Made by a program: the position numbers and the translations under genes. This document shows positions 1 through 12,229 of a stretch of DNA of 36,799 nt, one piece after another. The notes under the pieces were generated by a model, which saw only the letters and a program-made list of their open reading frames with translations, had not been told where the DNA came from and ran no database searches. Origin of the DNA: Octopus bimaculoides (lineage: Eukaryota); contig NC_068984.1 in the NCBI RefSeq assembly GCF_001194135.2, positions 49,140,732 through 49,177,530 on the forward strand. Reading direction: 5' to 3'. Each line of letters opens with the position of its first letter. Within the stretch, counting starts at the first letter, position 1.

Positions 1-1095
1 CAGGGTCAAAATCACTTTGCCCCTTTCCAATCTACCGCCGGCGATACCCTTACATTTAAGAGCCTGGGTCGCTATCCCCCAGGCCCTGCCGGATGGTATC
101 TCTAATCCACCCCGCTTCGGTGCCCGGGGCTAGACTTCATACCCAGGCTCTTATCACCTTCCTCCGACAATATGTAAGAAGGAACAATATTAATTCTCCT
201 TCTAGGGGCTGGCTTGCCGCAATGCAAGCTTCCTCTGGGGTGTCAAAAAGGAGCCACACCGTTGCATATTTGACACCCCTGGACACAATATAATTTTTAG
301 CTGGCAAACATTTTGCCAGCTCTATATCAATAATATTCCTATCGAAGGGGGCGATGGCATCACGCGACCTAGAATAGGTCGTAATACCACCGTCCTCTGC
401 TGAAGGTCTTCAAGTCACTGCTTGGCTGGAACAATCTCCCACTCCAAAGCAGTAGTCTTCTCTTTTAACTTTTTTCCTCCCATAACTAAATATTCAAATA
501 GGAAATAATTGTTCACACAAAAAAGTTTCAAAATGATGACAGATCATGAAAAAAGGAAATAGTTCAGTAAACGAAATAGAAACAAAAAGAGGGAGAACGA
601 GAAAAACAAGGAAAATAATTCAAGGAAAATGTAAAGAAAGAGAATATTTTTTTTTATAAAAGGAAAAACACAGGATACTCGGCAGGAACAAAATGGGCTA
701 CACCGTACTCCAGTCCTGGCTTGAACTGGTACTCCGTTGCAGTTAAATAAACACACAATGGTCCTGGTCCGTAATCCAGCGACCGAAGTGAAAAAAAAAG
801 ACTTTAAATGGTCTCTGCTTGCTGAACTTGGTTATTTCAGAGAAACGCTTACCAGCAGCCCACCACATACACTATTCCTGGAGCAGGCAACAATTCAATC
901 AAATTTTTAACACCGCCAAGCGCCAGTGAAATGCCCCAGAGCTGGGCAGACTATACTGTCAAAATAAAAACACAATACTTCTACCCAGCTCACAGAAAAA
1001 GCAAATTCGCTTACTCTAACGGTGTCCTCTGTTCCTTAGAAGGAGCTATGAGCTACACGTCTATCTTCAATGGTAACCGGAACTAGACTGTCAAC
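1..1095 (-). mobile_element. 5' part of a decayed non-LTR retrotransposon (L1/Tx1-like): ORF1 relic at 483->1 plus probable 5' UTR
   Basis: Hand translation of the minus strand from ATG at 483 gives MGGKKLKEKTTALEWEIVPAKQ*LEDLQQRTVVLRPILG, a frameshift, then DAIAPFDRNIIDIELAKCLPAKNYIVSRGVKYATVWLLFDTPEEACIAASQPLEGELILFLLTYCRRKVIRAWV*. This resembles an RRM-like LINE ORF1 (RG..ATV...F.TPEEA). It has stops and a frameshift and runs off the window edge. The clade call and UTR extent are inferred. Confidence 0.5.
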
Positions 1096-1102
1096 ACAAA
1101 CG

Positions 1103-1142
1103 TGGTAAGCAAGCTACTTGCCACACAGTCACTCTTGCGACT
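1103..1142 (-). mobile_element. SINE family A, truncated tRNA-like head
   Basis: tggtaagcaagctacttgccacacagtcactcttgcgact matches the family A head seen at 24665-24706 (aagcaagcttcataccacacggccactcctgcgcct). Confidence 0.6.
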
Positions 1143-1440
1143 ATCTCTATTTTCGAAGAACTTGGGAGAGACTTCTACATGCCCTACACATAGTAGCAAA
1201 GGCATAACATGAGTGACTGGGGCGGGTGCCTTCGCAGTGTGCACCAGGCCTCTAAGCCAAATAAAAAGGTGAAAAACAAAGCTACATACCAGGCCACAGC
1301 CCCACTACCCTTTTTATTGAATGGAGCTGCAACATGTGGAGTGATGAAACACAAAGGTTAAAGTTATTCACATTGTTAAGGGTCTTCACCGTTGATTCGT
1401 TATCTCATTTATGACATTATGCGGGCTGATGGTAAGCGCG

Positions 1441-1553
1441 TAAGGATGAAAAGTAAAGTTGACCTCAGTCGGTTCTGAACTCAGAGTGAAATGAGTCGGA
1501 ACTAATTCAACACAGTATTCCTTCCTACGCTGCAACGATTCTGCCGATTCGCC
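1441..1553 (-). mobile_element. SINE family B, degenerate 5' half
   Basis: ggatgaaaagtaaagttgacctc...tgaactcaga...aacgattctgccgattcgcc aligns by eye with the family B copies at 32470-32583 and 24840-24951. Confidence 0.55.
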
Positions 1554-3919
1554 TATAGACATACGTGTATATGTATGGGGTGCGTGTGTATGTATGGGTG
1601 TGTGTTTGTCTCAATGTGTATATGCGCGCGCGCGAGTGAACCTATGTCAAAATGAAGCAAAATCTTTTAGCAGATCTGATAGTTGTTCCTTCTTTGTTTT
1701 GATTATTTCAAGTATTCCCATGTTTAGAAACCTACCCACGTCACATATTTGCTATGTTTATCCGCTTGAACAGAAGTTCTGTACACGTGCAACTATATAC
1801 TCTGTTGACGCAGGACGTTGACATCAAAATGTTTTCTATTATTAAACGATAACTCGATTGCAGAAATAAGCAATGAAACTTGGCTCACTGATATTGCTGA
1901 CATAATAATCGATTGACGGTACTGAATAGTGGATTTCAAGTGGCAAAATACAATACTGTAACAAAAGGCTTGTGACAGTCAAATACATTATTTCAAAGAA
2001 AAAAAAAACGAAAAAGAAAAACGAAGTAGATAAATAATAAAATGTGAGAACGTCATACTTACCAACAAATGTTTACTTGTGTAATTTAGATACAAGAATT
2101 TCTGACACAAATGAGAATTAAGTTTTTGGATTTTCGTCTGAACTATGCCCCTGTAATTTTTTTTACTTATGCTTCCATGTTAATTATATAATCATACATT
2201 ATACTGAATCTTCATACATCATAGAAGAAATCATTAAATGGACGGTCTTCATTTAAATTTGCATGGATAGTAACCTGACTTTGTCAAAATCTTTATTTTT
2301 AGCCACACAGTACTCTAACACCTTGGCGAAATGTTTTCCAAGATGATTTTTTTAAAGAATACTAGTTGTTAACCATTTCCTTACATATGTACACAGAAGA
2401 TATTTATCCACACACATATATACAGCGATTGAATTTGTTTATCTAAGTAAAATTTTTACCTTAAACTAATCATTATTATACAATTTAAACGTTTAGTCCA
2501 TTATAACTTAGGAAGAATTTGCTAATTATCTCTGTTACAATGTAAATGTAGTTCGAGGTTTATATCCATTTAACAGTCTTAATTTCTTTTAAACAAGCGT
2601 ATCAAATGAACGTGCTATACGCTTGAGTTCAGACCTTAGTACAGATAAACTTACTTCTTCTGTACGCTATATGTAACACATATAGCTCCGAAATCTCAAC
2701 TGCATAGTAATTCAGCCATAAGATTTCCTAGTCTAATAGTTAAGTCAATAACAAAGCTAACATGTTTATCTAGCTATATTCACACAAAATTTTAGTAATA
2801 TTCAAATATTAAGGGACTGCAATGTTTAATGCTCTATCACCATATGTTACTTTTGTAAATGCTAAATAATATGAAAGAACAATCTAGTAGAAGGAACACT
2901 TGTAACCTTGAAAGCATTTCAAAAGCGAATGTTCGATATATGACGAGTAAAATGTATATATTAGTGTTTTTGTATATAAATTACTTAATGCGTATTGCTG
3001 TCTTCTGTATATGACAAATCATAATATATTCGAATCTGATCACTAAACAGATAAGCAAAAACTTGTAAGATAATATATGCACTCCATCAGAGTGCAACTA
3101 CTAAACTATGAATATCCTAGTCAACACTGACTGAATTTAAGCTAAATGCATTAAAGTTCGAGACTAAAATCTGTAAGTCATTTTCTCAGCGTTCTACTCT
3201 TTATGTCAACCATCAAATCAAATCTAAGAACAATCAAAACTGCATGATATTCCAATGGAAAAGATATAATTTTCAAGTGGATTCGTCTTATGTAAGAAGA
3301 TGATACTCATCTTCCAGAAATACATATTGATGTAAACAAAGAGATATATACAGTTTATTCTTCTTAGGTTGTTGCCATGCACAATAGGGAAAATAAAAGA
3401 CGATGGTAGTGAGGAGGAGAGAGGGAGTAGCAGAGAGTAGAATGTTAGGAAGAAAGATAAAATGATAGATGGGTTGCAAAAAGATGACGTCTGCGGTGCT
3501 GTTGGTTACGATGGAAATGCCCACGATATTACATCATCGTACAAAAATGCATTACACTCAATTTCATCCCAGAAGGATAGTGTTATATCCAATGTTATAT
3601 ATCACCAAATCTTCCACTCCTATTATAAGTACTATCATCACCAACAACTTCATTCTAACCGTCAATATCAGCAACTTGAACCCTACTCAATATATCTCCC
3701 GAGACTGTAACTAAGAATGGAGATACGACAAATACGAAAAATTACATCAACACCATATAAGAATAATGAGAATATCTACGTCGTTGCACGATTCGCATTT
3801 ATACAAAGTCTTCTTGGATTATAGCAGAAATCTATATATGGATGTGATCTTCATTTACAAATTCATTGACAGTGATGTGTAACATCAAAATCTTTTCATA
3901 TTACGTAATATTGCCTTAC

Positions 3920-3975
3920 CTCCTCCTGAAAGATGGTGTCAGTTTGAAAAGAGTTCGTTTACGGGTAAGGAAGAG
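3920..3975 (-). other. Candidate 56-nt spliced exon of an unidentified host gene
   Basis: The minus strand reads tgttgtttttgtttctgcAG|ctcttcc...caggaggag|GTAAGG, a strong acceptor and donor. One frame is open (LFLTRKRTLFKLTPSFRR). No homology recognised. Confidence 0.3.
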
Positions 3976-4510
3976 CTGCAGAAACAAAAACAACACGATC
4001 AAAATTATGTCATTTATGCTGTTTTAAACGATAGAATATCTTGGATAAATTCCCGATTCCCTAATTGTAACCAGCTGGCTGTGAAAGCATCACACCTGCA
4101 GAAAAAAATCACTGTATTTTCTAAAATGTTCTTGAAACACATACGAAATTACCGCCTATCATCAATGCTCAACTAAAATCTGTATTCCAAAACGTACTCA
4201 ACGTGACTAATACGGTATGACTAAATGGGGGTACTTCAAAACTGGTACCTAATTTCATAAGGCCCTTCTTTACATCTTACTCTGCTCTCTCTTGCTCTTA
4301 CTCTGGTTGTCTGTCGATCTGCTTTTGCTCTAGGTATGTACCAAGCTTATATAAACTTCTTTCCAAGAAGTGTATCATTTAATTCTTCAATCCTTTAATT
4401 AGAAATTTATCCCTTTCATTGCTGGCATCTCAAAAATGGCGGAAATAGTCGAAAACTCGTGTGCTAGTGCCTTCAGTCTTTTTTCCATTTTCTGTGATCT
4501 CCCATTTGTA

Positions 4511-5562
4511 TTCTGGAGCGCCAGATCATCAAGCAACCTCCCTTCAAATGGCACGCATCAGTCGTCTAGTTCATAAAGAATTTCAGTCAAAGCAACGTTG
4601 TTGTTCTTCATGTGTATGTTCTTCATGGATTTTCCTGGAACGCATCTAACTTTCATTGCTTGAAGCAGCATTTTCCAGTCAGACTGCTCTAAGTTCAATA
4701 AAATCCATGTACCCCCTTTGGTTTTTCTCCGTGTTCACTATATATGTCATTCATTTTTTTTAAATGTCCTGTTTCCTGTCATATTTAACCATGCAGGCAT
4801 TCATGTTGATAACAAGCGCTATTCCTCAATTAATTTTTCCCACAAGCGTCATTCACTGGCAGACTACAGAAGCCTTCCTTGACTTCTATGAACGATAAAT
4901 ATGATAACACCACTCAAAAGGAGGTTTGGAAACTGTTTATACCCGTCATTTAAAAGTGTGCATCTGCAGCGATAGACACAATTCCTCATTAAGAAAACAC
5001 TTCTAAAATAAAATTTTCAAGTTTTAGAAATACTTGGTTTGTTAAAAATTACGACCATACATCAAACTTCACAAAAGATAAATTCTATCTTTGGGATAAG
5101 AAAAGACTTCAGGCCTCATCAGTTCTTTGCTTCAAGACCGATCTGTTGTCATTAAAGTCCAACTCAGTAATGTAGGCTAGAGCTGCTGCAACACATACAA
5201 ACTATGATATTTTCAACCTCATCGCAATATGTTTCATTTAATTTACAGTAAATCCTAAATCTCTCAGGTTACAATCACTAACCAACGGATATTGTGTCAT
5301 TTCATAGCTTCTAACATTATTTATACTTAGACTGATCAACTAAACTAGGGAGCTACGTACCATCCCCGTAAAGTGTATGCTATGCATGACATTCTTCCAG
5401 CGCAATCTCTACTCTCATCCTGTGGTAACCAGTTAATGCAAGTTTTTCTACCTAGAGCTTCAACTATTTGGTACATTCTGCCAATAAACATCTTCCGTTT
5501 AATTATCAACCTTCAGTAATTCCATTTGAAGGGAGGTTGCTATATGATCTGGCGCTCCAGGA
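4511..5562. mobile_element. Putative non-autonomous TIR element (~1.05 kb) with TA flanks
   Basis: 4513-4551 is the reverse complement of 5522-5560 at 37/39 nt (ctggagcgccagatcat...caaatgg). With a 2-nt extension, TA lies on both outer sides (4509-4510, 5563-5564). No transposase recognised inside. Confidence 0.4.
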
Positions 5563-5640
5563 TAAAAGCTATGTGCACTGTTCTTCTTATGTTTCTTGTG
5601 GTATAAAAATTAAGAAAATACTATTGAAATCGACATGCTG

Positions 5641-5852
5641 ATTTCAAATTTTGGCACAAGGTCAGTAATATCTGGGGAGTGGGTAAGTCGATTACGTTGA
5701 CCCCAGTGTTCAAATAGTACTTTATTTTATCGACGTTGAACGGATAAAAAGCAAAGTTGGCTCCAGCATCTTTTGATCTCGATGCATTTAAACAGACAAA
5801 ATGCCGCTAAGCATTTTGCCCGGCGTGCTAACCATTCAGCCAGCTCGCCGCC
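5641..5852 (-). mobile_element. SINE family B (octopus-type), near full length
   Basis: The reverse complement starts ggcggcgagctggctgaatggttagcacgccgggcaaaatgcttagcggc and ends ...ccttgtgccaaaatttgaaat. It is collinear with 20787-21000 and 25968-26140. Confidence 0.8.
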
Positions 5853-6149
5853 TTATCTTAAACCTTGATATTAAAACATAAATGACAATGTCAACAACAC
5901 TATCATAAACCTAAGCAAAGCCATTCTTCATGATCGGTAGACTTACAAGCAACAGTAGTCAAATTTCTTACCTCTCGCATAACATCTCGTTTCCTTATGG
6001 ATTAAAAGACATTTGATAAATTAATCTTAAGTACTTCTAAAAGGTTGGGATGGGGAACGTGCCATACCTTTGATCATCTGTCTGCTCAATCAAGGTTGAT
6101 CTGGAATCTAGATAACAGCGAATGCTTTCATTTCTGATATCTACTCCAC

Positions 6150-6900
6150 CATCACCACTGATAAAGTACCATATGTCCTCAATCTAATAACAGCTCAGCA
6201 CCATTTTTAGTAACCACCTATCCCTAGTTCACCATCAACAATACGACTCAGTAAAGCCAAACCTAACCACCATTCTTTCTTCCACCAAATTATAATTAAC
6301 ATAGAAAGAGCTCCGGAAATATCAAAATTCAATAGCACATCATTCCCATCATAACTAATCATACCAATGCCTGCAGTTTTAAAACTTACGCCATTAACAA
6401 ACACTACTGAATCCACCATTATTATAAACCCTAAAATGACCATCATTCTAGTGAACCAATTCAAAGACAACACTGCTACAAACCAAAAAATCCTGTATCA
6501 CAATCTAAACAGACGGCCCTAAATCTACCAAGAACACCACCTCTATCACTTGCATGACCATTGCTATCATTATCAGCAACCATCTCAAAATGCTCACTAA
6601 TATTCCAACATCCTCGTTGTGATCACACGAATACCTGTACCGACAAAGACACCGAAACCAGCATTGCTACATCATCCACCCTTAGCAGTATTATCGAAAT
6701 ACCACCGCAAACATCCTATGAAAGCAGAAGCAACACTATCAGTATCACTATCACTCCCGCCACCTTTGCCAACACCACCGACAGTACATCTGCCATTATT
6801 CCCCACAACCATCTCCACTCAACCAGCATCACGTCATTTAGCCTGTTTTCTTTTCTCATGCTTGACTACTTATCCATCTCTGTCACCACAGTAACACTGA
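6150..6900. repeat. Cryptic ACC/ATC/AAC-rich low-complexity tract
   Basis: Strong A/C bias with recurrent accac/atcac/ccatc motifs. It explains the Thr/Ile/Ser-rich pseudo-ORFs in the track. Confidence 0.5.
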
Positions 6901-6968
6901 AGTGATGTTTCTTGTTGCTTTTAGTTGTTAGGTTTACATCAATGTTTTTACAAACTGCTTTGAGAATG

Positions 6969-6970
6969 AA

Positions 6971-7007
<37 letters not shown>

Positions 7008-7095
7008 GTAGTTGTTGTGGTTGTTGTTATTTTTATTGATGTTTTTTTTATTTATATTGTTGTTTTTATTGCTGTTGTTGTTATCATTTTTATCG

Positions 7096-7137
<42 letters not shown>
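6969..7137. repeat. Compound (ATT)n-(GTT)n-(ATT)n microsatellite
   Basis: Directly visible. Confidence 0.95.
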
Positions 7138-7138
<1 letters not shown>

Positions 7139-7914
7139 AATTCTGTTTTGTTAATTTGCATCTAGCTGGTGCAACTGTTTTCACATGTTCATGCACTTCC
7201 TACCTCTAATCATTCAACCGTGAAGTTGAAGTGGAGAAGACATTTTTTAATTTCTTTTATATTTTATTTTCTATATTTTTCTATATTATTTATTTGTTTT
7301 ATCTATTTTTGTTATTATGGCCTTTCCGATCGGCAGCTTGATGCAAGCTGGGTAATAATGCTTCTTGCCTAGGGGCACTGTAAACTGCACAATTGCGAAA
7401 GCATATTTTAGTAGTCGTAATGATGTAGTCAATAGTCCAAGACATTAACTGCAAAAACTGTTCTAACATCAGAAGTTACGTAAGAGGTTCAAACAGTTAC
7501 ATTTTTTTTTCAAGTGGGCAGGCAAAAACCTAGTGTTAAGAACGTCTTCTTGGAGCTGTATATAATACATGTAGCAAAGTTTGAACTTGTAATAAAGTGG
7601 TCAGTTATATAACATATTAAACCCTTACAGCTATTTCATGATGTTTGCTGGAGCATGTATAACAAGATCAAACATATTCCTATTTATAAAGCTTCATACA
7701 CAATATCTACATTCAAAGTATATCTCCAGAAACATAGAAAATAAGAAAATATGATCAATTCATATTTCTAAACAAATACACTCAGACATATACATGTAAA
7801 AACGTTTCCTCACGGACACGCTTTCTTACAAACATATATTTCAAGGTACATATTCGATAACTCTGTTGGAAATATAACGTTTAACACTTGTGCACACGTA
7901 TAACACTGGATCGG

Positions 7915-8085
7915 ATGTGTATGCATACATATATACACACATAAATACATACATACATATATAAATAAACACACACTCAAACACACACACACACATATAC
8001 ATACACACATAGATAGTGTAAATGTGTATATTTGTGTAAATGCGTATATGAATAAATGCAAGTATACATATAGATATTCATATAC
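7915..8085. repeat. Imperfect (TA)/(CA) microsatellite
   Basis: Directly visible. Confidence 0.8.
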
Positions 8086-8679
8086 ACACAACGGAAATAC
8101 ATACAGTGGCAGAAAACACACTGCCTCTCTGTTCTTCTTCCCTCTAATTTTCTCATCTCTCACCTTTCTCTTCTCCCCCTTAAATATATTGTATCTGCAA
8201 CTCTTTGTATGTGTCTGTTTGTCAGATATTTAATTACCGAATCATGTGTGTGTGCCAACAACAACGTATAAACACAAATTTAAAAGACAAAATTATAGAG
8301 CCAAGGTAGGAGTCTCTAGATAGTCGATCAACTTACAAGAAATAGCCGCCAAAACTCTCAAATCCGCTTACTGCTGTCTTAAGGAAAGGAATATTGGTTA
8401 ATGTAGCGTTAAATTTATAAAGACGCAAGCAGTAATACCCGTCGTTGACCGGTTAATTACTTTTCCTTTTTCTCGGGAGTCACATTCAAAGTGTTATGAT
8501 ATATAGGGATTTACTACTCCTGTATGCGTATATTTCATAAGAAAAATAAAACATGTAATAACTGAAATAGAAAAAAATATCAATTTCATAAATGAACTTC
8601 TGTTTGTTTATTATATGACAATAATAAGTGAGTTGTATGTGTTATTTTACATATGCATACGGTAATAACAATTATATAA

Positions 8680-8802
8680 TACAGAAGTCTTTGGTTGTCA
8701 CAGAGCTGTAATGAAAGAGAATTGCCCAACGTGCCGCACAGTGGGACTGAACCCAAGGTGACATGTTTGGAAAGCAAGCTTCTCAGCCATACAGCCACGC
8801 CG
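8680..8802 (-). mobile_element. SINE family A, diverged 5' portion
   Basis: ttgcccaacgtgccgcacagtgggactgaaccc...aagcaagcttctcagccatacagccacgcc matches 24623-24706. Confidence 0.7.
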
Positions 8803-9159
8803 ATGAAAGAGAGATACATGTCGAATAATATACTTCTTCAGACAATATGCTTAGCAAATCTCTCCTTAACATTGTTAAGCACATTTTGAAACATTTCAAA
8901 AGTTAGCTCCTGCACTGCTAAGTGAATGTGTTCTTTAAGCTCAGCTAAACGATTGCTCCATCTTGGGGATGCAGATAAAGAAAATGAGTGCTACCAAATT
9001 GAAAAAAATCTGTCGTGGACAGACAAGAGGGTCCAACAGGAATGAAAATAAAATTATAAACAAAATTCAAAATTCATACACTTCTGACACAAATTAAACA
9101 TGTTAAACATAAATAAGAAGTGTGTTTGAAAAAGTGCATCCCATTTCACTATAATCATC

Positions 9160-9870
9160 ATTAATTCTGGAAGGGAACACAGGAGATACTAATTGCAGGT
9201 GGTGAGCGTAGCTTCCGGAAGTGATCACGCGGTCAAACTGAAATGGGTGTGTCACAACAGCAGTTTGCTATGTTTTTTTTTCTTTTGTATGAATATTTTG
9301 CATTATATGGTTCAGACATGGATGACATAGAAAACAGACATGCTGCCGGGCCATGCTGCGTTGCACAGGATTGGAAACGTGAAATATCAACAGGACATTT
9401 CTGGAGGATGGACGAATGGGTTTGTTGTGCCTTTACCCAGCTGCACACATACACACATGGCCCAGTGGTGCACGGGATGGTAACATGAAGAGCATCATCA
9501 GGGCACCGACAAAAAATTTTAATGTTCTCATTTCCTCTGCCAAATTGGACAAGGTTTTCATGAAATATTATGAGCGGAAAATGGTCTAAAGCAAAGATAA
9601 AACCCATATGTAGTCAAGTCTGATTAATCTGCATTTGATGGGTGGAGGCATAATTAGCGTTCGAAATTGTTTTTAGTCAACAGCAATTCGAGGAGCTTGA
9701 TTAATGGTTGTAGCAAATTTGGAGGAAAGCATTAGGCAAGAAGTTGAAAATATTTTTGGCCCATGATACTCCATAGACCCTATGTAATGCATGTGTAAAA
9801 TTTCCTTAAAATCAATTGGGTGGTTCTCGAGTTTTAATGACATGACAAACACATATACATATATATATGT
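9160..9870 (+). mobile_element. Unclassified repeat-like segment; right end resembles Helentron-associated (HINE/Lep1-like) non-autonomous elements
   Basis: The block is GC-richer than its surroundings and ends in atgtgtaaaatttccttaaaatcaattgggtggttctcgagttttaatgacatgacaaacacata followed by a microsatellite. This is a motif pattern I associate with HINE-type elements, from memory only. Confidence 0.3.
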
Positions 9871-9984
9871 TATTATTCAGTTTATTTCAAGATTTCTTGC
9901 CAAAAGAGAAAGAACCGGTTTCTAACCTAGATCCAAGTTTCCTTCGTTGGAATTTCAACATCAACAACAGGATATTTTTGTTTG

Positions 9985-10138
9985 TATGTATATACGTATG
10001 TATATGTTGATTTGTATGTTTTCAATGAGTCTTGTGTGTGTGCGCACGCGTGTTTGTGTGTCTCTGTGTGTGTGTGCTTGCGTGTGTGTGTGTGTGTGCG
10101 TGTGTGCGTGTGTAAGAGCATGCGTTTGTGTATGTGTG
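9985..10138. repeat. (TATG)/(TG)n compound microsatellite
   Basis: Directly visible. Confidence 0.9.
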
Positions 10139-10562
10139 CCTTTAGCTTGTTGCTTAAGTGAATCTTTTCAACAATGACATGTTAATAACGACTTCTCATG
10201 TATTCATATTTTTTTTTTGTATTTTGATGTGTTTAGTTTAGAAAAGTTTTTTTTTTTATCAAATGTGGTTTCATCGAACCCAGTATCATCTAGTTGTGAA
10301 ATAATCCTTTCAAAACACACCTAATCTTGTACCCATTTCTAGGTCTTACCTCAGTTGGCATTATGGTTTATCCCTGTTAGCATTCATTGAAATAAATACT
10401 GGTCTGTACCGTGTAAATTTAATCTCCTATATTTCTCCCCCTCCAAAATGATGAGTAGCCTTGCGCCGCTCATAGAATTCATTGTAATATTTGTGTCCAC
10501 AGTTTACATAATTGATAATTATCATTCATAACACATAGAATAAGTGCGTGTTTCTCTGGGAA

Positions 10563-10650
10563 TGATAGAAAGAGAGAAAGAGGGAAGAGATATCGTTCAG
10601 AGACAATGAGAGAGAGAAAGAATGAGAGAGAGAGAGAAAGAGAGAGAGAA

Positions 10651-10681
<31 letters not shown>

Positions 10682-10696
10682 AAGATAGAGAGAGAA

Positions 10697-10773
<77 letters not shown>

Positions 10774-10908
10774 AATAGAGAGAGAGAGAGAAAGAGAGAA
10801 AGAGAGAAAGAGAGAGAGAAAGAGAGAAAGAGAGAGAGAGAAAGAGAGAGAGAGAAAGAGAGAGTGAGTGAAAGAGAGAGAGAGAGTGAAAGAGAGAGAG
10901 AGAGTGAA

Positions 10909-10939
<31 letters not shown>

Positions 10940-10994
10940 AAGAGAGGGAGAGAGAGTGAAAGAGAGAGAGAGAGAGTGAAAGAGAGAGAGAGAA

Positions 10995-11043
<49 letters not shown>

Positions 11044-11085
11044 AAGAGAGAGAGAGATAACGAGAGAGAGAGATCGTATAAGTTA
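10563..11085. repeat. ~520-bp (GA)n/GAAA polypurine tract
   Basis: Directly visible. It generates the ER/RE and SL pseudo-ORFs. Confidence 0.97.
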
Positions 11086-11229
11086 GAAGAGAATGAGTAG
11101 AGTGTGAGATGACAATGAATATAATCTGTTCGGTAAAAATTTGTTATAGATGTGTGTAGATGCGTAAATGTGGTTATGTGCGAGTAAAAAAACAACAAAC
11201 ATTGTATGCGTGTATGTCAGAGAGACACA

Positions 11230-11242
<13 letters not shown>

Positions 11243-11276
<34 letters not shown>

Positions 11277-11381
11277 CATGTGATATGGTGAATGTGTGAG
11301 AGAGAAGGAAAAGATGGAATAGAAGCTAGATATGCATGGGAAAAAAGGTTTAAGCGATGAGAGAGAGAGAGAGAGAGAGAG
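11243..11381. repeat. Two further (GA)n runs (about 11243-11273 and 11359-11381)
   Basis: Directly visible. Confidence 0.9.
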
Positions 11382-11842
11382 AAGGAAAAGAGGTGAGAAG
11401 TGATAAAAAAACATACAGTGAGCACGATTAGGGTTTTGCATATATAGAGTGACATTTTGTTTGGAAATATGAATACGAATGAATAAACGCGACTGAGAAA
11501 GAACGACTGAGAGAGGAAGTTACATATCTGAAAAGCAGAATGTGAACGAATGGGGCAGAGATGAAGGGGGAAAGATAAGACTGATAAAGAGAGCGATATA
11601 AATAAAGCTACAGCAACTAACAGAATGTAAAGCATAGGGAGCGGGAGAGAAATCGAAACAATTGTAGGAGTGAGAAATAGAAATTAACTACGAAGTGCAA
11701 TGGTGAAATAGACTGAAAAAATCGATACTGAACCGGGACGGAGAAAAATGAGTGAAATTCAGAGATGCCTGCAGTAAATTTATGTGTGTTTGATAATATA
11801 TGTGACTCTATGTTCATTTGTATGTGTGTTTGCAAGGAGTCC

Positions 11843-12019
11843 CAGGCCTGGGTGTGTGGTAAGGAGTTTGCTTTCCAAACACATGGCCACGGGTTCATCC
11901 ATCTGCATGGCACCTTTGGTGAGAGTCTTCTGCTTTAGTCTCGGGCCGACCAAAACCTTTTGAACGGATTTGGTTGGACGGAAACAGAAAGGTTCCCTAT
12001 ATATATACATACATGCATT

Positions 12020-12050
<31 letters not shown>

Positions 12051-12062
12051 GAGTGTGTGTGT
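11843..12062 (+). mobile_element. SINE family A, 5' half with central (TA)/(TG) microsatellite
   Basis: gtgtgtggtaaggagtttgctttccaaacacatgg...ggcacctttgg...ctcgggccgaccaaaacc...ggacggaaacagaaagg followed by the microsatellite. Collinear with 15119-15505. Confidence 0.75.
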
Positions 12063-12229
12063 AAAGAAAAAGTCAGAATTTTGGATAAGCATTTATTTAG
12101 CGCCTTCATCCTATTCTAGTGAGTCATCAGGAATGATTTTTTTTTTACAGAAAATTGTATCTTTTATATATATATGAGTTAGATGAAAAGATATGGAGTT
12201 GAATTTAGCGTAAAGCTTGTAAGGCAGAC

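Noticed and set aside
5971-6110. Minus-strand donor sites (GAG|GTAAGA, AAG|GTATGG) and other isolated splice-like motifs at about 2060, 2650 and 28835
   Set aside because: Weak or ambiguous partner sites and no recognisable peptide. Frequency is compatible with chance.
6207-7209. Thr-rich mucin-like, poly-Ile/Val and poly-Asn ORFs
   Set aside because: Low-complexity and trinucleotide repeats with stops in neighbouring sequence and no splice context.
8320-8410. Possible additional repeat family (similar gaaatagc..caaa..ctc motifs near 25712-25830, 32820-32900 and 33000-33040)
   Set aside because: Similarity is too weak to delimit by eye. It needs a consensus search.
10479-11635. Ser/Leu- and Arg/Glu-rich ORFs up to 239 aa
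   Set aside because: Translations of (GA)n/(TC)n microsatellites.
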